Shown: in pieces, positions 43,831-58,800 of the stretch
Layout: each line of letters opens with the position of its first letter
Numbering within the stretch: position 1 is the first letter of the stretch
Origin: Scyliorhinus canicula
Taxonomy: Eukaryota
Length of the DNA stretch: 64,000 nt
Direction: 5' to 3'
NCBI RefSeq assembly: GCF_902713615.1
Contig: NC_052164.1
Location: 18,712,114 to 18,776,113 of the forward strand
Translations under genes and position numbers: made by a program
The notes under the pieces: generated by a model
What the model was told of the DNA's origin: nothing
The model's database searches: none
The model's input: the letters and a program-made list of their open reading frames with translations, nothing else

Positions 43831-46800
43831 GTAAGGCCTGGCCCGGAACAGGCGCTGCTGCCGCCTGTCTGAACCCCCGAGAACCCGGAGGGATCGGGAT
43901 ATTCTCCCCACCCACCACCCCTTGTTTCATATCAAGCTTCTGACACCCAGCTGCTTTATTTCATTCTCCGGATGTTTCCTTCTCATGGGGTGGGGGAGAG
44001 GAGAGGAGAAGGGGTTGAATGGGGGGTTAATTGGGTTTGCCCCCCCCCCCCCCCCCCCGGTGATCCGCAGCCGGGCCCCTGGTTCTGCTCAGGCCCACAT
44101 ATGGACCAGGCGGCCTGCAGCAGCCGCAGCTCCATGTGGGTTCTCAGCCCCGGCCGGGCATTGTCACTCTGGCTTTACAGCTGAGCTGCAATAGCCTGCG
44201 CCGTTATTATCCCTCCCTCCCCGTTCACTGCAAGAAACCTGCTTATTGTCAGCCAGCCACCTGACCATGGATCTAAACCTGGCTCTTTAACAGACACAGG
44301 CCCTGGGCAGTTTTGTCTGGGACAATTGGATATAACTGGACCAGCTTCATTTTTTTTGTTGTTGCTGTCGCTCAGGGTGGTCAATACACAATCGGTACTC
44401 GTGTCTTCGTAATATCATAGAATCATCGAATTTACAGTGCAGAAGGAGGCTATTCGGCCCCTCGAGCCTGCACTGTCCCTTGAAAGAACACCCTACTTAA
44501 GCCCACACCTCCACCCTATCCCAGTACCCCCACCTCACCTTTTTTGGACACTAAGGGCAATTTAGCACGACCAATCCACCTAACCTGCACATCTTTGGAC
44601 TGTGGGAGGAAACCGGAGCACCCGGAGGAAACCGACGCAGACACTGGGAGAACATGCAGACTCCGCACAGACAGTGACCCAAGCCGGGAATCAAGTGTGG
44701 GACACTGAAGCTGTGAAACAACTGTGCTAACGTGCTGCCCTAACTGATAACTGTTTTCACTTGATTGCAGGTTGTATTTAATCCATAAAATCAAAATTAT
44801 TAAGGTGTTGTTATTTTTTTAATTGAAACAATAGTCACAAAATATATTAGTTCTGCGCAGCTACTTATTTACCAGGCTTCTGGTAATCTTCAATTTTGAC
44901 TTCTTGCTAAGATGGCGTTGACTCCCGCAGGCATTTTTGCCTCTTATAATAAATACTCCTGGTGGGTTTTGTTGGTGTGTTTCAGTAACAACCTGCCTCT
45001 GATAGAGATATGACAGATGAATTTAGGAAATGAAGGGGCTTGATGGTTAATGACTGCTGCCAGTTGATATCAGCGGTAAGATATTGAAGAGTAGGGGGAT
45101 GTTTGGGTGGGTGCACAATGTAGACTAGGACAAGGTACGTTGAGGATGAAGGGTTGTAAGACAGTTAGGGAGCCCAGAGCTAGGGCCCACTAATAGGCAC
45201 AGTAAGAAGTCTTACGACACCAGGTTAAAGTCCAACAGATTTATTTCGAATCACTAGCTTTCAGAGCACTGCTCCTTCTGGATATTTGTTCCCCGTGCCT
45301 AATTGCCCTTGAGATGGTGGTGTTGAGCTGCGGTCCGTGTGGCATAGGTACACCTACAGTGCTGTTGAAGGAGGTTTGGTGAGGTACTGTCTGGAGTAGT
45401 TGTCAATAACCAAGAAGAAAAGAAAATGCTGATGGTGTTAGATAAAATAGGGCTGGAAGGAGGCTTGTGTGGCGTATAAACATTAACAGACCAGTTGCAT
45501 AGTCTGTTTCTACACTGTAAATTATGTGTAATAATTCAAAACATCTTGTAGATTGCATAAACTGCAGTCACTGCGCTAGCAGTGGATGTGGTGCCAGTCA
45601 AGGGGGGCTGCTTTGACCTAGATGGTGTCGAACTCCTTAAGGGCAGCACAGTTGATTCACAGCTCCAGGGTCCCAGGTTTGATTCCCGGCTTGGGTCACT
45701 ATCTGCGGATTCTGCACGTTCTCCCTGTGTCTACGTGGGTTTCCTCCCGGTGCACTGGTTTCCTCACACAGTCCAAAGATATGCAGGTTAGGTGTATTGG
45801 CCATGATAAATTGCTCTTGGTGTCAAAAAAAAGGTGAGGGGGTTTACGGGGATAGGCTGGAGGCGTGGGCTTAAGTAGGGTGCTCTTTCCAAGAGCTGGT
45901 GCAGACTCAATGGGCGAATGGGCTCCATCTGCACTGTAAATTCTATGATAAAGTGTTGTTGGAGTTTCACTCATCCAGGAAGTGGAGAGTATTCCATCAA
46001 ACTCCTGACTTGAGTTGTAGATGATAAACAGGCTTTGGGGAGTCAAGAGGTGAGTTACTCTGCAGAATGTGCAGCCTTTGACCTACTCTCTATATGGCTG
46101 GTCTGGTTAGGATTCTGGTCAACGGTAACCCCACAAGATTTTGAATTAAAGATGTGAAGCAGAGATGTATCGGGGTCCATTGCATCATAAGGTTTAAGCT
46201 GGTCCTGGAAAAAGACGAGGAACAATCCAGATCAGAAAAGGCTAATTGGGGGAAGGCAAACTTTAATGGGATGAGATTGCCTCCGAGTCTGAGTCAAATG
46301 CTGGCAGAAAAGACAGTGGCTGAAAAATGGGCCTCCATCAAAGAAAAGATATTACAGGCAATGTCAAGGTCTATTCCCTTGAAGGGGAAAGGTAGGACAA
46401 ATAAATCCCGAGCACCCTGGATGATGGGATAGATTGAAGTGAAGGTGAAAAGGGAAAAAATGAGCGGCCAACAGATGTCAGGTGGACTACAGAAGGACCA
46501 GAGGGGAAGTGAACAAGGAATGAGAGGACAGAGCATGAAAAGAGACTAGCTGTTAACATAAATGGGAATTAAAGAGTAGGGCCTAATGAGGGAGCAAAGG
46601 GGGGCTTACACATGGAGTTAGGAGGTATTAAATGAGTACTTGACATCTGACTTTACAAAAGAAGAAGATGCTATCCAGGCCAAGTCGAGCGAGGAGGTAA
46701 CAAGAATTTAGAATTGAGATTGAGACGGATTAGAAAGGCTAGCTTCACTTACAATCGATAAGGTACCGGATAAGATGCATCCAAGGGTTCTGAGTGAAGT

Positions 46801-49800
46801 GAGTGGGAATTGCAGTAGCGACAGTCTTCCAATTTTCCTCCGGCACAGGGATGGTGCCAGAGGACTGAAGAATTGCGGATGTTACGTCCTTGTTCAAAAA
46901 GAAGGTTAAAGCTGGCAACTACAGGCCAGTCAGTGGTACGGAAACTTCTCGAAACTGTAGTTTGAGGGGGAAAATCAATCGTTACTTAGACAAGTTCAGG
47001 ATAATTAAGGAAAGTAACGATGGATTAAGGGAAAGTCATGTTTAACTAACTTGCTGTAGTGTGAGGAGGTAACAGAGAAGGTTGATAAAGGCAACACTTG
47101 AGTTTTATATGGCTTTTCAAATGGCATATGATACAGTGACACACAACAAACAGACTTGTGAGCAAAATTCTAGCTCATGGAATAAACGGGAAAGTAGGCA
47201 CTTGGACAATAAAGTAACTGAGTGACAGGAGACATAGGTAGTGTAGTTCCCCAGGGGTCAGTGTTGGAACCTTGCTCTTCCTGATATATATTAATGACCC
47301 AGACTGGGGCAGCACGGTGGTGCAGTGGTTAACACTACTGCCTCACAGCGGCGAGGTCCCAGGTTCGATCCCGGCTCTGGGTCACTGTCCATGTGGAGTT
47401 TGCACATTCTCCTGTGTCTGCGTGGGTTTCGCCCCCACAACCCAAAGATGTTGGGTTATGGTGTTCGGGCCGGAAAGTGGAGCTGAGTCCACAAAAGATC
47501 AGCCATGATCTCATTGAATGGCAGAGCAGGCTCGAGAGGACAGATGGCTTACTCCTGCTCCTAGTTCTTATGTGCAGGGTAGGTTAATTGGCCACGCTAA
47601 ATTGCCCCTTAATTGGAAAAAATGAATTGGGTACTCTAAATTTATAATTTAAAAAATGAATAACCTAGACTGTGGTGTTCAGGCACATGATTTCAAAATT
47701 TGGAGGTGATATGAAGATTGCGACTGTTGGCAACTGTGATGATGGTTATCTTGAACTTCTAAATGACATGGGCATGTTGGTGGATTGGACAGACAAGCAG
47801 CAGATGAAGTTCAATGCAGCGAGGTGTGGTGTGATTCATTTCGGCAGAAAGAATATGGAGAGACATCATAAAACAAAGTGAGAAACTCTAAAGGGATTGC
47901 ACGAATAGAGGGACTTCAGTGTAGATGTACTGAAGTTAGAGAGCAGTTAATAAAGCAAATAGTGTAGTGGGCTTTATTAATCAGTGCATTGAGTACAAGA
48001 ATAAAGAGGTCAGGTTGAACCTGTTTAAGACACTAGCTAGGCCTCATCTGGAGTTCTCCATCCATTTCTGAATGCCATATTTGAGGAAGGATGTGAAGGC
48101 ATTGGAGAGAGTACAGAGTAGATTCACAAGAATTATTCCAAAGATAAGACCACAGCTATGAGGATGGATTGGAGAGGTTAGGACTATTTTCCCTGGAGAA
48201 AAGAAAGTTGATAAGTGTTCAAAATCCTGAGGGGTATAGATAGGGTAAATAATGGGAAACTGTTCCTACTCAAGAGCATCAATAATCAGAGCAGTGCTTT
48301 TTAAACTTTTACCAACCGGCCGACCAATGGGACCAGCGCCCTCTGACATTCGCAACACACCATTTTCGCTTACCTTTAATGTGACAGGTGAGCCTGCTTG
48401 GTCCTCACAATCTGGCTCCAATCAGGTGTACAGGAGGAGAGGACAATGCACATATGAGGTGCAGAGTTCAGCTGCTTCCTTTATGCTGTCTTCACCTTTG
48501 TGAGGACAGAAATTCCAACCTTGCACATGTAGATCTTTGTGAAGGACAATAGCAACAAAATGCTCATTTTACTCAGCACTGGATACTCCTTGGAGATGCT
48601 ACTCCAGAATGCTGACAGCCTCATGGATTTGTGGTGTGTATTTAATATGCAGGCACAGGTGAGGTGCAGAAGCTCAGCCTCTTCATTTGGAGTCGGTTGT
48701 AAGTTAATAACTCAAAAGGATTTTCCCCCCACCTTCTCTTTCAAAATCTGAAACTTCTCCGCTGGAAAGTAGCGACAATAACTGTTGATAAGCGGAACAA
48801 CCGACTAAGGTTTGCTGATCTATTGATCATTCCCTTACTAACGTTGTTTTCTTCGATGTGTCGTAGCAATGTGGTGAGCATGTAGTAGTTTTGGCTTTGT
48901 GCTCTCACTTGCCAAGGACTTTTGGAAAGCACCTGTTTCTTCACTAGTGCCAAAAGCAATCATCCTTCCCTTGCAATTTGAGGTTCAGTTTGTTTAGAAT
49001 TGAAAATATAAGATATAGTTGGTAAGGTAAGATATAGTTGGCATCCAACTCTCATTTGCCAGTGCTTCCCTGCATATAAGACACATAAACTTTGCATCCT
49101 GATTTGCATTGGCACAATTAAAATCATACCCCAGAAATCATCTTTATACTGCTTTGTTCCCAATTTCAGTTTCTTAACGGGAAGATCATCAGAGACCATG
49201 GAACTCTGTCCTCAGCTCACATGAGCACTGCTTTCTCCTGCTGTGGTCTTTCCTGCGAAGCTCTCTTCAGCAGATTCAGTTGTCAGATCGTGGCATATTT
49301 GTGTCTCTGGCCCTCTTCCTTATTACGAAATGACCCATCTTCAGCTCTTCACAGTCCTGTCGCTTGCTTGCTGGCAGCTACAAAATGGAGGAATATCTCC
49401 TTGTGATTTCATGGGCGTACAGGGCGTATGCCGTGCTTTCTGGCGGGAAGACTGTCATTCTGAAAAAGAAATTTGGTCCTGGGAAAGCTCGCTGATGACA
49501 GGAGGAGGCTGGGCTCCAGGCCTGCGAACTGCCAGATCCGCCCGAAGGAGCACGCATAGACGGGACAGGCATTCTTGAAAGCCAGTCGTGGCCGATGGGC
49601 GCTTCTCCCGTGATCAGAAACACCGCAACCCTCCCAACACCCGCTTCCTGCGAGGGTGGTGGAGGCAGGTTTGATAGAGGTATTCAGGATGGAGTTCGAT
49701 TGCTATCTGAAATGAAAGAATGTGCAAGGTTACGGGGATAAGCAGGGGAGTGGGCCTCGGTAGAATGCCCTTTCAGAGAGACCGTGCAGACTCGATGGAA

Positions 49801-52800
49801 TAAATGGCCTCCTTCTGCGCTGTAAGGATCCTTTAATTCTGAGGTTCATTAGCCAGAACAAAACATTGTGTAGAAGAAAGTAATTTGTCGTAGTGGCTCT
49901 TTCTCACCCACCATTGCTGATCACCAGGATTCTTAAGTCGTTTTCCAAGATTTCTGGCATCATAAACGCAAACAAACTTGTGCTGAATTTCTTGATTTTC
50001 TACTCTATTCAAAAATAATTAGACTTGTAAATACTGATAAGATGACAAATATATTGGTTATAGCTCAGACACTGCTATACCTGCTGTACCAGGCTTAAAG
50101 TTGATGGTTCTACATCTGGATGTGATATTGTTCATATGTTAACTCCTAAATCAATATTCAGAAATCTATGGCTATCGCAGACTATTATAAAGCAAAAAAA
50201 AACGTTATCTCTGTCCTTTGGTTCACTGCCATCTATTTCTAATATAAAATCTTGTACATTTGCATTATGTCTCAATGTTTACCTTTTGGTTGTTAGAATC
50301 CTTACAGTGCGGAAAGAGGCCATTCGGCCCATCGAACCTGCACTGACCCTCCAAAGAGCACTTTACCTAGGTGCACTCATCTGCCCACCCCATGCTATCC
50401 CCGTAACCTACCCTGTGCATGCCTGGCCACTAGGGGACATGGGGCTGTTTAGCACACTGGGCTAAATCGCTGGCTTTGAAAGCAGACCAAGGCAGGCCAG
50501 CAGCACGGTTCGATTCCTGTACCAGCCTCCCCAAACAGACGCCAGAATGTGGCAACTAGGGGCTTTTCACAGTAACTTCATTGAAGCCTACTTGTGACAA
50601 TAAGTGATTTTATTTCTTTATTTTATATTATTATTTAGCATGGACAATCCACCTAATCTGCACACCTTTGGACTGGGGGAGGAAACCCACACAGAGGCAG
50701 GAAGAACATGCAAACTCCACACAGTCGCCTGGAATTGAACCCGGGCCCCTGTCGCTGTGAGGCAGTAGTGCTTGCCACTGTGCTACCCATTATCAATTCT
50801 GATTATAAATTTTCTCCTTTTTCAGTATTCTGTTGTTCCACGGTTGAGCCCCCTAACAAAACTAGGGTCAATTTATAAATTTGCAGAAGTATTTTATATT
50901 CTTGAGTACAATCCATTTGTTTAACCGCACAAATGTAGGATGTAACCGTGGTTCATGGCCCCAAAACGCCACTCATCTGAGTCAGAATGTTGAACTCTCA
51001 CCTTCCCCACGTCATTCTCACGTAGAAAGCGTGCACTGTGCGTGCGCCGACTCTGCATACACAAATTCGCCATTTGTACTTTAACACTTTGCAAGAATTC
51101 ACAGGGCAGGAACACCTGCAAATGGCGAGTGTTGACTGTAATTAAGCTGACTATTTAGCAGTGCCTCTAAAAGTCACTAATTCAGCAGCACAGTGGTTAG
51201 CACTATTGCTTCACAGCTCCAGTGTCCCAGGTTCGATTACCAGCTTGGGTCACTGTCTGTGTGGAGTCTGCACGTTCTCCCCGTGTGTGTGAGTGGGTTT
51301 CCTCCGGGTGCTCCAGTTTCTTCCCACCTGTCCCAAAAGACATGCTTGTTAGGTGAAGTGGGCATCCTGAATTCTCCCTCAGTGTACCCGAACAGGCGCT
51401 GGAATGTGGAACTAGGGGTTTTTCACAGTAACTTAATTGCAGTGTTAATGTAAGCCTGCTTTGACACTAATAAAGTTTAATTAATTCCCCCAGACTTTGC
51501 ATTAATTTTTAAGGACTTCACATATGCTTACTCGAGGACCAGCTGCACCTCCTATTTAAAGCGCGGGCTCTCAACTCTTCTAAAGCCCCGAGAATGTCAG
51601 CCCATCGTCATGTGCTTTTTACATTGCTGGCAGCCTATTAAAGTACTACATGTACTGCAGTGGTTTTCAAATCTATTTATGGGTGAGCCTCCAGAAATAT
51701 TGTTGTATTCCATGGGATCCTTGTACAGTAAACATTGTACTGTTCGGCACTCTACCAACTGGAATTCTTTACCAACTGGAATTTCTGTGGGCTCTGTTTT
51801 TTGACTGGAGGTTACTCTCATCCCTCTGAAGCCGGTGCTAACCTTTTGTTCCCTGTCAGCCCCAAACTGTCAGCTACTAAAAATTGTTAAAATCACAGGT
51901 GCTTGTAATCCTGGGCCTGCCCTCGCTCCAGTCTCTCTGTCTTCAATTGTGTCCCTCAGTGCCACGCTCTAGATTCACCCGCTTCCGTACGACCTCAACA
52001 CCAGCTTCACTACGCAATCCTCCAGGAACTTTCTGGTTGGTTGAATATGTTGATCTCTTAGGTAGACATCGTTTTGGGTTAATCGGCACCAACCATTCAC
52101 CATGCATTGCAGATAATATAACTTTTACTGCACTCCCTTCTGAAAGATGTTACCGGCTATACAGAGGAGAACAATGTATTTATTGTTTGGACCCCAATAG
52201 ATCCATAACTAATAACAAATGCCTGATTGGCTCAGGTCTGAGAACCAAATATAACCCATTATAAGGCCTACAGGAAAGATGGGTGACTGAGCAAGAGTTG
52301 CTTTAGTGATGAAGGATGAAACTACATCAATGGGAAGAGAGAATATAACTAGTTAAGCATGTCGTGGAGACTTAATGGGTAGATTTAAGAGTAATGGAAG
52401 CTGTGTATTAGGCTTTCTGGCAGCCGTGAAGTGTTAGAACATAGAACAGTACAGCACAGAACAGGCCCTTCGGCCCTCGATGTTGTGCCGAGCAACGATC
52501 ACCCTACTCCACCACCCATTGGGGTGTTAGAATGGCTAAATGAATAGATTGGACAATCATTCGCAAAGTTAGTGTGGGGTTTTACTTTTGGTTAGTTTGG
52601 TATAAGCACACAAATAAAATTGCAGAGAATTTAATAGATTAGGTAAACGGGCAAAATTGATGAATGGATGTCAATGCAGACAAATCAGGAGTGCGATATG
52701 ATAATCTCCACTTGCTTGGATGACCACAGCTCCAACAACACTCAAGAAGCTCGATACCATCCAGGACAAAGCAGCCCGCTTGACTGCTACCCATTCACTA

Positions 52801-55800
52801 ATATTAATACCCTCCACCACCGATGCGTAATGCCAGCAGGGTGTACCATCCACAAGATACACTGCCAGAACTCACCAAAACTTATTGGACAACATCTTCC
52901 AAACCCACGACCACTACCATTTAGAATGATAAGGGCAGCGATTACCTGGGGGAACCACCACCTGGAGGTTCCTCTCTAAGCCGCATGTCACCCTGACTTG
53001 GATGGAAATATTTCGCTGTCACTTACTGCGGGTGTCAAGAAGGCAGCTCATCACCACCTTCTCGAGGGAAATGCGGGATGGGGAGTACATGCTGACCTAG
53101 CGAAGCAACGGCCACAGCCCAAGAATGAATGCAAAAAATATATGATCATCACTTTGGATCTAAGAGAATTGAACAATGAGTGGTTAGAATTTTGAATGCA
53201 CTGCCTGAGAGTGCAGTGGAGGCACTTTCAACTGAAGCATTCAATGGAATTAGGATCTTATCTAAAAAGGAAGTAGGTGCAGGGTTACAGGAGAAGGTGG
53301 GGAACAGCATTAGGTAAGTTCATTCAGAGAGCCAGAGAATGGGCCAAATAACGTAGATAAGATGTCCTGGGCTGATACAGAAAGTAGTCAAAGAGTTTAA
53401 TGGAAGGCTAGCCTTTTATTTCTACAGGCCTAGATTGCCAGGAGGTTATGCTACAGCTGTACGAAGCCTTGCGGGGTTAGACTACACCTGGAGTGCTTTG
53501 AGCAGTTCTGGACACAAAACTCAGCAGAATGACACATTGACCTTGGTGGGAGTGTAATGCAGAATAATACCTGGACCCTAAGGGTTAAATTACGAGAACA
53601 AATTCCACAGGCTGGGGTTGTAGTCCTTGGAATTGAAAATAATTAAAGGGGCTTTTTGATCAAAGATTTCGAGATATTAAGAGGAATGAATGGGATGGAG
53701 CGAAGCTGTTCGGTTGGAGAGTCCGAGGTGAAGGGGCATTGTTGAAAAGCTGGAGCTGGGCCTGACAGCAATGAATTTGGAAACACTTTTCGACAAATGT
53801 CAATGACTGCTTGATCCATCAGATCATTTAAAATCGGATTGATGTATTTCTGTTGACCAAATGTATAAGTGAAAATTGGGGTGTGGAATTCAGTCGCGGA
53901 GTAGCCATGATCTCATTGAATGGCAAAACTGGTTCGTGGGACTAAATGGGCCTGCTGCTACGTTCCTTTGATTGAAATCTGATGTAAGATTGCTAGAAAT
54001 AAGACCTTTGCAGATGAGGCCTAGGAACCCCTGTTTGAAAAGCATTGCAATAAGTGACTTTTTTTTCATATTACATTAGCTATAACATGTTCCTTTTTCT
54101 CTGTTTTAGGTGGATGCTTTCAGGGAGCGAATGACTGCTGAAGTAAGTAGCAATTTGATTCACAAAGTGTTGAAAATAACTGATGAACGGGCTATTTATA
54201 TCCCTCAATCGTTTTGCCTCTAACTTTGCATGTAACAAGATTCATTCATTATTTGCTCCTGGATGCGGAGACAATCAGCTTCCAGGTCCCTGCTGGAAAC
54301 ATGAACAGACCACTTATTGGCTGCTCTGTGATTTTTATATCTAAATCCAATTTGAGATTTTTCCCATTCTGGTATTACTGGGGTGGCATACTCTGTTAGC
54401 ACTGCTGCTTCACAGCGCCAGGGTCCTGGGTTCAATTCTGGCCTTGGGTGACTGTCTGGAATTTTCTCCAGGTGCTCCAGTTTCCTCCCACAGTCCAACG
54501 ATGTACAAGTTAGGTGGATTGGCCATGCTTAAACAAAGTGCCCCTTAGTGTCCAAAGATGTGCAGGCTAGGTGTGGTCACAAGGATAGGGCGGAGGAGTG
54601 AGCATAGGTCAGATGCTCTTTCAGAGGATCGGTGCAGACTCAATGGGCAAAATGGCCTCCTTCTGCACTGTAGGGATCTATGATTCTGCTGTTGAGACTA
54701 TGGGTCAATTTTTGGTATTATGGGTGCAGAGTTGTACAGGTGGTCAGACTCTATTCCTTTCTCACAAAAAAAAGTGTACAGGTGGCCAGACTCTTCCTTT
54801 CTCCCAAAAAAGTGCAAAGGGCAAAGGTCACAGATAGCCTTTGCCATTAAATGGAAGAGGTCTAATTCTATATTCCTGTGGGGCTTCGCCAATGCAGTAG
54901 ACAGATTTGATTTCTTCTCCCTCTAGCCTGCAGCTTAGTCCCAGATATCAGAAATGCATTTGTGGCAAAATGCTTACTGGATGATGGACGCTTCCCAGTG
55001 GATGAAAGAAAATTAACAGGTGATTTGTCCAAAGACGGCTGTTAACTTGTGACTGGTTCAGAACAGCAGTGCTGGAGGACTAGGCTTGGGTGCCTGCCTA
55101 ACCACATGATGGCACATGATCCAGGATGATTGAGGATCAAAATAGAGGCTTCATAGGCTGCTCTCTGAAAACAAAACTGACCAATCATGTTTAATTCTTG
55201 GAGTCATTGTAAGGAGGAGTTTCATCCCTTCTTCTCTGCTAACATCTAGGTGCTGGAGAAAAACCTTTCTTCCCAAACGCTGCTCGTTTTGCAATTGGAT
55301 ATGGTGGATATTCTCAACAGCCAAATTATTTTATTATTTCTAATGTTATATTATGCATCGTAATTTTTTATCTAGTTTTCAGTTTGTAAGTTTTTAGCAT
55401 ATGAAAATATAATTTTTGTGTGGAGGCTGAAAGCGTTTACTATGAAACATTTGGTTCTGAAATTGGTATGCCATTCAGACGAGACAGGGCATTTTCAGAT
55501 TAGTATGGCTGCAGGCTTTTTAAATTTAGAATACCCAATTCTTTTTTTTTTTTACAATTAAGGGGCAATTTAGGATGGCCAATCCACCTACCTGCACATC
55601 TTTTGATTGTGAGGGTCAGACCCTCGCAGACACGGGAGAAAGTGCAAACTCCACGGCAGTGACCAGGGGTCAAACCCAGACCCTCAGCGCCATGAGTGAG
55701 CAGTGCTAACCCCTTGGTATGCCGTTCAGATGAACGCAGTGCAAACAAGCCTAGGTTTATTACACTTAAAAGATCAATTGTAAGGGCAGCACGGTGGCAC

Positions 55801-58800
55801 AGTAAGCAGCACTGCTGCCTCATGGCGCTGAGGTCCCAGGTTCGATCCCGGCTCTGGGTCACTATACATTCTCCCCGTGTTTGAGTGGGTTTCGTCCCCA
55901 CAACCCAAAGATGTGCAGGGTAGGTGGATTGGCCACGCTAAATTTCCCCTTAATTGGAAAAAATTAATTGGGTACTCTAAATTTATTTTTTTAAAAGATC
56001 AATTGTATTTATCTTAAGGTAAGAGGTAAAGCTACAAAAGCAATAAATAGGGAGTCTTCTGTCTTAGTTTGTAAAGGAGCCAGAGGTTTTCCTACTTATT
56101 TCACTAAAAGAACCTGAAAGCACCTTTTGTAAACATGAGGGTTTCGTCATGGACAAGGTGAGTTTGCTGATACGGCAATTGCATTCATTGGAAACAATGT
56201 TGAAGGTAAAATCATATGTTTACATTTCTGTTTGAGACCATCGCAAAACATGTCACGTTGTCATAGAGATGGGTTGTATGGGTAGAAGGTTAATTTATTT
56301 TAGTTATCTGGGTGTTGGTTCAAAGCAGGCAGTAACCGTTTTGTTTTGGTGTATGCCTCTTGGGGGGGGGGAAGGAATAGAGCCAACAGGAGAAGATTGT
56401 TAATCAGGCCTGCAGTTTAAGCAGAGAAAATATTAACTTCTTCATTTACTGTGCTAAATATGGTTGGGGCTCGAGCTCAGTTTGGATTTTAAGGAAGAAA
56501 AGCGTCTTGGAGATTTGTCAATTTGCAGCTAGAGGAAGAAATCCTCAGTGGTCCTCACAGCCTTGTGGCAGGAAGCAGTCAACAGTCAGCTTGGAAGCTG
56601 TGCGAATACAGCTGAGTATCAGCCAGCAACCAGAACTAGAAGCTCAGGCATCCAATGTTGGAGGGTTGTATAGTTTAAAAACCTAATGGAAGGATCCAAC
56701 CTAAAATCTTGCTTCGGACAATAGTTGAAATAAAGTGAATTCTGGGAGGCTGTGGAATATCTTGTAGGTCGATCCCTAAAGACATGAACGAACCTTCAAG
56801 ATTTTCAAAAAGTATAAGTGAATTCTAGGGGGGATCAAAAGGTGGAATTAAGTTCTTGCATAAATAATAATAAAGTATCGTGTTCAGTTAATAGTGTGTA
56901 ATTCTCATATAAAATGTTTTTGTTTCAAACTGTGACATTGTGAGGCATAATTCTGTTAGTTAAGTGTTGACTGACTTCCAGTGGCGATCGCGAACAGAGC
57001 GGCCGCAGCAAAGACTCACCCGCACATCCACAAAATCGCGGCTTGTTTTCGGGGTTATCCCGGTGACATTTTTTTAAAGAAAACAAATGTAACGGCCTGT
57101 GAAATCGGCCCTGCCCAGGCTACAAAGCAGGAACAGGACGCGGCGGCCATTCCCCTGCCCGGCACAGGGGGAGGAATGGAGAAGAGCGCTGAAGACGGAA
57201 ATAAACACCATAAAGGGGGAGGTCAAAACTGAGATAAATGCCATGAGGGAGGCACTCAGGACGGAGCTCCACACAATGATGAAGGAGATGCGGGCGGAGA
57301 CGAGGGACAAAATGCAGCGAACCATTAACGGCCTGGAAAGGAAGGTGGAGGCGCAAGAGAAAACGATTCAGAGAGACAGGATGGTTTTTTTCAGGATGGT
57401 AACTCAGGAAACCGAGATGAAAAGGCTGGTAACGACCCAGGGGAGCCGAAGAGGGAAAGTGGAGGACCAGGAAAATAGGTCCAGGAGGCAGAATGTTAAA
57501 ATAGTGTGTCTGCCAGAGGGGATGGAGGGCAGAAATCCAACAGGCTACGTCACCCAAATGCTGGGCAAGCTAGTGGGAAGGGAGAAATTTCCAAACCCAC
57601 CCCCAGAAATCAACAGGGCGCACAGGTCCCTCCGACCCAGGCCCAAAGCCGGGGAGCAGCCCAGAGCGATTATCGTTAAGCTGCTCCGGTTCCAAGACAG
57701 GAAAAAGATCGTAAAGTGGGCCCGGCAGGCAAAATCGTGCTCGTGGGAAGGGAAGACCATAATGAAATGAAATAAAATCGCTTATTGTCACAAGTAGGCT
57801 TCAAATGAAGTTACTGTGAAAAGCCCCTAGTCGCCACATTCCGGCGCCTGTTCAGGGAGGCTGTTACGGGAATCTAACCGTGCTGCTGGCCTGCCTGGGT
57901 CTGCTTTCAAAGCCAGCGATTCAGCCCTGTGCTAAACAGCCCCTGGGTGTACCAGGACATTGGGGTGGACCTGGCCAAAAGAAGGGCTGAATTCAACAAA
58001 TCAGCACTCCACAAAAGTAATGTGAAATTTGGGATGCTATTCCCAGCCAAACTCTGGGTAACATTGGAGGGGAAGGAGCTGTTTTTTAATACCCCAGCGG
58101 CAGCGGAGGAGTTTGTTAGAGCGAACAAACTTGGGGGGGGGGGGGGGGGGGGACGGCAGCCGCAACGGCCATCATGAAAGCGACTGGGATGGAAAAGAAA
58201 GGAAGAATCGGAACAAAGAGGAGAGGGCAGACCGCAAACAGAGACAATACGATCACTATCTGTACATACGTGTTTGGTGCACTGTGCGGGAGGGACTGTG
58301 CTAACTTGTTCCCGGGCTCGTTCCATCTCTCAATGCAATGGGGGGGGGGAGCGCAGCAAGGTGAATGAGGGTGAGAAAGGCGAACAGGAGGGCGAGCAAA
58401 AGGAAGGTGAAACAGGACCAGAGCAGGGCAAGTACTGGGAGGGGGAGCACCGTGCTAGCGAGGAGGGCAGGAAGAAAGGAGGGCCGCGGCGCACCTCTCG
58501 GGGGAGGGAGTGCTGGCACAAAGAGGGGGTGGGCAGGGCAGAAGGGGGGGGGGGAGGAACAGGGACTAGGGGAGGGGGTGGGGGGGGAGAGCGCAGAACA
58601 AAAGAGAAGGGTGAGGTAGATAAGCAGCACGAACACAGGCCTTGGCAGGCATGGAGCAGGGTGAGGAACCAAGATGGTGCCACAAACAGCCACTCAGGAG
58701 GGCGAAGGGAGACCCTGGAGTGCAGGGGTGCAGCCACATGGTGCACACATAGCTGGCGGCCATGTTGGGTGCCCTCTGGACAAAAGGAAACCCCTGGGGC

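Noticed and set aside
56020-56960. Possible LTR-like segment upstream of the L1
   Set aside because: No second copy, PBS/PPT or clear TG..CA/TSD boundaries could be established
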